DNA from: Chrysomallon squamiferum
Taxonomy: Eukaryota; Animalia; Mollusca
NCBI GenBank assembly: GCA_012295275.1
Contig: CM022672.1
Location: 14,632,001-14,696,000, forward strand
Direction of reading: 5' to 3'
DNA: 64,000 bases
In this document: positions 57,521 through 64,000 of the stretch, piece by piece
Layout: every line of letters starts with the position of its first letter
Position numbering within the stretch: the first letter of the stretch is position 1
The notes under the pieces: generated by a model
Database searches by the model: none
Seen by the model: only the letters and a program-made list of their open reading frames with translations
Told to the model about the DNA's origin: nothing
Made by a program: the position numbers and the translations under genes

Positions 57521-57969
57521 TTCTTCTTCTTCTTCTTCTTCTTTTATATATATATTTTTTTTAATAAGACAGTGATTACTCGATAATAATTATAACAGTT
57601 TGTTGTGGAGTTTCGTATTAGTGTGAGGATATTTAGTTGTTGCTGATGATGTTACTGATGATGATGATGTAGTGGATCATCAAGATGATGACTTCTTAAT
57701 GATGACAGTGATTTTTTTTTAATGGTAATGATTTTTTTTATGATGAAGACGAATTTTTGATGATGAAAAATAGATGATGATCATCATCATCATGTTGATG
57801 ATGGTATTTTGATGGATGATTGTGGTGATGCTGTAGTATGATTTGATTCTATCTACTTGAAGCTTTTCTTCATACAAGTCAGTGACTGGAACATTGTTTA
57901 TTCTTTATAAAAACATACAAGTTTCATGGTACTGTGCCTGGTGTTCAGATTCATTGGATTTAACAGTTA

Positions 57970-58275
57970 ACTTATTATCAACATTCAGCAAACATATTCA
58001 CTGTGAAGGAAATAATTTTTGAATGCATTATGAATTTATTTTACTAGTATATCAATTAAACATACATACATATTGTCAAGGACTTAATTTTAAATGCATT
58101 ATGAATTAATTTTGTCTCATAATCACCATTTAACTATCAGTTAAAGGAACATAATTCTTTCTGAAAGACATCATTTTTTAATGAATTATAAAAATTATTT
58201 TGCCAGTATCACCATTTATCTGTCAGTTAAACCAACGTATTCTTCGTGAAGGATTTAATGTTTAAATGAATTTTT
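57970..58275. repeat. Degenerate tandem repeat, ~4 copies of ~75-85 bp
   Basis: Recurring blocks (GTG)AAGGA..TAATTTT.AATG(C/A)ATTAT and TCACCATTTA.CT.TCAGTTAAA. Confidence 0.55.
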
Positions 58276-59374
58276 TTTTTACTGTTTTATATCTCACATA
58301 TGTGACGTGAGACTAACACAGACTCTGCACAAACACAGACACAAATGAGTAAATTTTCTGTTTGTATTCTGCTGTATGTGACATCTGTTTCACACAGTTA
58401 CTGACACAATTACTTATTATGTGAAATATTCATAGTCAAGAGAAAAACCCACAGATCACTAAGTGTGTTGCAGAGACATGGTTGTGCTTTGGAGTTACTA
58501 ACATTCACTGATGCTGGGATTTAAAGACAGTAGAAAGAAAAAAGAAAAATGAAACTGGGAGACTGTTAATACTATTGAAAAGTAACTGGATTTACTAGAA
58601 TTCTTTTTGAATCATAAACAAATAATAAAGACGTGTGGAATTTCAAGGCGGTTTCTTTAAAAGAAACAAGAGGATTTCTCATACTGTTGGAAACTAGTGG
58701 ACTGTCCAGTGGACTATTTTGGGTATCACTGAAAAGTATTTTCAAAATCTTCACGTTAAAAGATTCTCTTGTTTAACAGGATTCGTTAGCTGACATTCCA
58801 GAACTTCAGGACAACCTTTCATTTTTAAAAGAAACTTCAAGATTTTTTTAACATTCAGAAAACGAATATACTGAAAAACCCTAGACTGAACAACCAATAT
58901 TTTTTTTTTTTGTCTGCAGGAATTTTATTTAAAAAACAAAATTCTATATTTTTAATACTAACAGAAAAAAAAAAAAAAAAAAAAAAAAAGGAAATAGAAG
59001 CTTCAGTTACACCATTACAACATATGTTATTACGAAGTTTTAAGTGTATTATTGTTTTCTTTATGGAGATGAATAGATGTTTTAAATTTATTTATCTGAA
59101 CTGATAATAATACAGTATGTTAATTTTCCCCATACACAACATATGTTACATGTCACTTGGTAACTCTCTTTGAAGTAGAAGGTAATTGGCCATACCTGTC
59201 TGTGCATTTGCACTGGCTTGTTCAATTATTAAACTGGCGCTGAAGGAAGAATAGATAAATGATGGCCATGCATCTGACTTAAAAACCATTCAGTGAGTAT
59301 GTTTATGAACACTGTTTTAACGTTTTATAATCTTTAAGACTTGTGTTTTTTCCAGTTTATGTAACATACTTGTA

Positions 59375-60120
59375 CAACAATTTCTGTGACCAAGATAATA
59401 ATTTCTGTGACTCTCTGACAATTTAGTAACATATTTATAATAATATTTCTGAGATATATACAATTACCATGATTTACAATTATAACAGTTTCTGTGACAT
59501 ATGTGTGACAGTTTATGTGACATTTATGTGTAACATTTTTTTAATGATATACAAGTTAAAATATCTTCAGTGACATATGTAAGAAATAATTTCTTATACA
59601 TTTATAGCAATTTCTGTGAGTTAAATAATTATTGTTATGACATATATGTACAGCAGTTTCTTTTGAACATATATATCAATTTCTGTGTCATACAAGAATA
59701 ATAATTTCTGTTGCATATAAATTATAATAATTTGTGACATACAACATTCCTTTTTATATATATGTTTAACAATTCATGACATACATGTATAACACTTTCC
59801 ATGACATATATGTATAACAATACCTATGACATTCAAACAATTTTTGTGACATATATATAACAATTTCTATGACAAATATTACATTTTAGATGGCATATGT
59901 ATAATTTCTGAGACACACATGTAATAATTTCTGTAACTTACATAATAATAATGTACATCACCATACTACATATAACAATTTCTGTGACTAACATAACAAT
60001 TTGACATACCATATATAACAATTTATACATTTGTAATAATTTCTCATATATGTATACAAATTTAAGGGAAATATATTTATAACAATTTCTGTGACTTACA
60101 CAACTATTTCTGTGGCATAC
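59375..60120. repeat. Degenerate minisatellite with core ATAACAATTTCTGTGACATAT
   Basis: Core AATTTCTGTGAC recurs with ~25-bp spacing. It is followed by (TACA)n. Confidence 0.8.
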
Positions 60121-60443
60121 ATACATATATACATACACTCATACATACATACATACATACATACATACATAATACATACATATGTACATACATAAACACA
60201 TACATATATACATATATACATATATAATACATTTCTTAGAGAAAACTGATATTTGCAATGACACAATTACTTACATTTTCCTGTAGTAACTGAGTTAATG
60301 TTACAGACATGTATTATTAATATTAACTAAATCAACTGTTACAGAAAAACTGTTTGTGGCGCAGTTTGCTGGGAGTTACCAACATTCACTGGCAATGACA
60401 GACACACAGTCAGACAGATGAAAATGAAAAGAACAGTGAGAAG

Positions 60444-60492
60444 ATGGCATTTAGATTCAGGTGGCTAATTATAATGGTGACTTGTCTTCCAG
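60444..60492 (+). CDS. Putative first coding exon (signal-peptide-like MAFRFRWLIIMVTCLP, phase-1 intron) of an unidentified secreted/membrane protein gene extending past the window
   Basis: Strong Kozak context AAGATGG. Basic n-region plus hydrophobic core. Consensus donor CAG|GTGAGT. A long polypyrimidine acceptor (...TCCTTCAG|AC) sits at 63998, the window edge. Confidence 0.4.
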
Positions 60493-60591
60493 GTGAGTCA
60501 TTTATTTTTAATGATGCAATTTAATTAAGGATGTCTGCCTGCTTGTTTCTCAGTGTTTGTGCAAGATTATATTTGTGTGTGGAAGATGGAG

Positions 60592-60632
<41 letters not shown>

Positions 60633-61056
60633 ATGTGATTGTGTGTGTACATGTGCTCGAGTGTGTGCTTTTGTGTGTGTTTGTATATGTGTATGCTGAA
60701 ACCTGTTTACTTAAAGTATGGGGTATGTATGTGTTTGAACTTGACAGTATAGCACCAGGTATGTATGTGTGTCTGTATGTGCCAAATGTGTGAGAATCTG
60801 TGAGAATAATGCATGAATAATGAATGTCTGATTCTTGTCTTTATTACCTGTCCAAATTCACTGCCATTTCACATGGTGTATGTAGATAATAAACAAGAAA
60901 ATGCAAACAACACACACACACACTACATATATATATAAATATATATATATAGATAGATAGAAAGATAGATAGATAGATATATATAGTGTGTGTGTGTGTG
61001 TGATATATATCTCAAAATATCTTCTCTTTTTAAAAATAAAATATAACACTGATAAT

Positions 61057-61107
<51 letters not shown>

Positions 61108-61390
61108 AACACACATATACTAATATTCCAGTCTGATACAAAACATACTGAATCATAAATTCTTTCACAGAACTATCCATTTAATATAAATTGCTAGTAC
61201 TGGAATGTAAAGAGAGAAATAAGGGATGTGTAACAAAGAAAGTAACAGCTGTTACATCCATTGTGTAAACAGTTTAACAACTTTGTGTCAATTCAGATTT
61301 GTTTACCATTCCATGATTCAAAAAGTCAATATGCTTTCAATACCACTTTGATATATATATATTATCATTAGTAACAATGCGTATGTTTGA

Positions 61391-61425
<35 letters not shown>

Positions 61426-61860
61426 TCTTCAGTACTTGCAAAGAGAATTAAATAATATTACTTACAATGTTGCCTCAACTACAAATGACCTAAATACATG
61501 ATGTAGTTTCTAGTTATTTTATTTTGTAGGGTTTCAAATCTTTGTTAATAATAAAGTTTGACATTTGGAATTACAAGTCTGGATGCTGATAATTTTTGAC
61601 ACACACACAAACACACACTAAATATATATATATTCATATAAGTATACTAGACAAACATGCAAATGTATATGCAACCAAGAATAAATCTTGACACAAATAC
61701 ACCCAAAAAACAATGAAAGATACAGCATATAGCACAGTAACATTTAACATTTCAATTTTTATAATTATTAAAAATTTTACTTCTTTTTTTTTTTTTTTTT
61801 TCTCTCATTTAATTTTAAAACCATATTCTGATAACAGAATAACAGCCATCATCCCTGATC

Positions 61861-61898
<38 letters not shown>

Positions 61899-62702
61899 AA
61901 AGATAATAATAATATTTTTTAGAGCAATCTTCTAGCCTAATTCCAGACCATTTGTTCCTTTACGAAACTATTTGAGATTGGACTCAGTGCTGTGAACTGA
62001 GAGAGCTGGAAAGTCTGGGGGTCTGCTATTATCATTGTCTGGGTGACTGAACAATCTGGGATTAATTCCATTGTCACTGACAGTGTTTCCACGTTCTATA
62101 GATTGAAGCTCAGACAAGGAGGATCATGTTTGGAATATGGATTATGTAAAGCTGTCATCTTTCGATTCTCGAGTCCCATTATTATTATTATTATGTGGGG
62201 GAGATTCAGATGGTGAGAAAAAACAAATAGAGACACATGTAAGAACATATAAAACACTGAGAAATACGTAGACACAACTATTTGTTGTTGGTTTTATTCT
62301 GGGGTAGGGATTGTTTGGTTTTGTAATTTTTTGTTGTTGTTGTTGTTTTCTTTTTTTTCTTTTTTCAGGGTTTTTTTTTTTTTTTTTTTTTTATTGTTTT
62401 GAAATTCTTTGTTTCTTGAAAAATACAATTTTTGTTGTTTTGCTTCTTTTTTCTTTTTTTTTATAATGAAGTTCTTTCATTCATTAAGACTATCTCTAAG
62501 ATTTGATGTCTCTTAAATTCTTTAGTTTTTTATGAAACTCATTAAATTTTGTCATGAAGGTTCATTATAGACATACACACAAGCTTGCATACACACACTG
62601 ATATGCATAAATACAACCATACATGCATGCATAGACAAACAAACACATACAGACTCACACATGTACAACATCCATACATAGACATATAAACAAACATGTA
62701 CA

Positions 62703-62754
<52 letters not shown>

Positions 62755-63467
62755 CACACACAAATATCTTGCCAAATGATAAAACACTTCTATTTTATAA
62801 ACTCATTTCATCTTGAAAGGCATGTGCAAAGAGAGGTCATTTCCCTCTTAAATATTGTTTGATTTGCACTTTATTGCTGTAACATGATGCAAAGAGCCAC
62901 ACCTTTTAAATGTAATCTGTATTTTTTTTTTTTTTTTTATTATTATTATTTTTTTTTTTTTTTTTTTTTATTTTATTAATTAATTAATTTGCTGCTAATA
63001 ATTATTTAAGGAAGAGTTGTTTAAATCCTAAGAAAATGTTGTGAGTATCAGTATCTATCAAAATATTATCTTGGTTTAATAAGCGGTTTTGAAATCTCTG
63101 TTGGGTTAACATAACCATGCTAAGGTTTCAGTTCTAATTTAAAAAAATATTTTATTTCATTAGATCTAACATGCTATGTGGTTTCAGTTTCAGTTTCAAA
63201 AATATTTTATTTTATTAGATCAAATATGTTTTTGGTTTTTCATTTTAAATTTTAAAAATCTTTTTTCTTTTTGATTAAATCTGATTTGTTATGGTTTAAA
63301 ATTTTAAAATATTAAAAATGTATGTATTATTAATAGAAATATTGAACTTTTTTTTTTTTTTTTTTTTAAATTAGATATAATACTGGAACTGTTAAGGTTA
63401 ATGAAAATTAAAATATAATTATTAAATTATTTTTATTTTTATTATTTATTCTTTTTTCTTTCTTTTT

Positions 63468-63498
<31 letters not shown>

Positions 63499-64000
63499 GA
63501 AAAATTATCTCGAATTAAAAAGTGTCACCATGATAAAATTTGTATGAGTCACAAATTTTGTTTGCTTTGTGAATTTCAACCAGCATTTCGTTACAACAGG
63601 GGTTTTTACCAAAAAAAAAAAAAAAAAAAAAGTTCTTGAATAATTAAAATTTTTCAAATGACTCATTTTTTGAAAAAAAAAAAAAAAATGAAACCTTTTC
63701 AGAGACCAATATCTCCTTAGCAGAAAACAATTAATGACATCTGCAGAACTAATTAGAAACTTTTAGCGCCATCTAGTTTCTTCACACCTAATGGACTCGC
63801 ACACAAGTTGGGTTAAAAATTTAAAAAATCCACCATTCTGTCTGTGTCCTCATAATAAAAGACAATATCACTTCAACTCAGCCCGACAGGACCAAAAAAT
63901 AATAATAATCCAAATTGTTTTAGTTGGGATAATTTCTGTCACTCCTCTATTATCTGAAAGAATTTTTTTTTTTTTTTTTTTTTTTTTTTCTCCTTCAGAC

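Overview
This is AT-rich, microsatellite-dense eukaryotic DNA from an invertebrate animal, probably a mollusc (low-confidence inference from repeat content). Bases 1-25 kb contain no recognisable coding exons. They hold micro- and minisatellite arrays alternating with CpG-rich unique non-coding blocks. Bases 26-44.7 kb hold three 4-exon ENPP4/5-like ectonucleotide pyrophosphatase/phosphodiesterase genes. Copy A (minus strand) has no C-terminal anchor and carries a 2-bp frameshift in exon 3. It lies head-to-head with copies B and C (plus strand, hydrophobic C-tails), which arose by a tandem duplication whose junction maps to ~36.9 kb. Bases 46-51 kb hold PRPF38B (six coding exons) with a candidate NMD poison exon in coding intron 4. 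Bases 57-64 kb contain promoter-like elements and a probable signal-peptide first exon of a gene running off the window. Almost all long ORFs in the supplied track are translations of simple repeats. I found no wholly new system. The best leads are the PRPF38B poison exon and the diversification and sequence exchange within the ENPP cluster.
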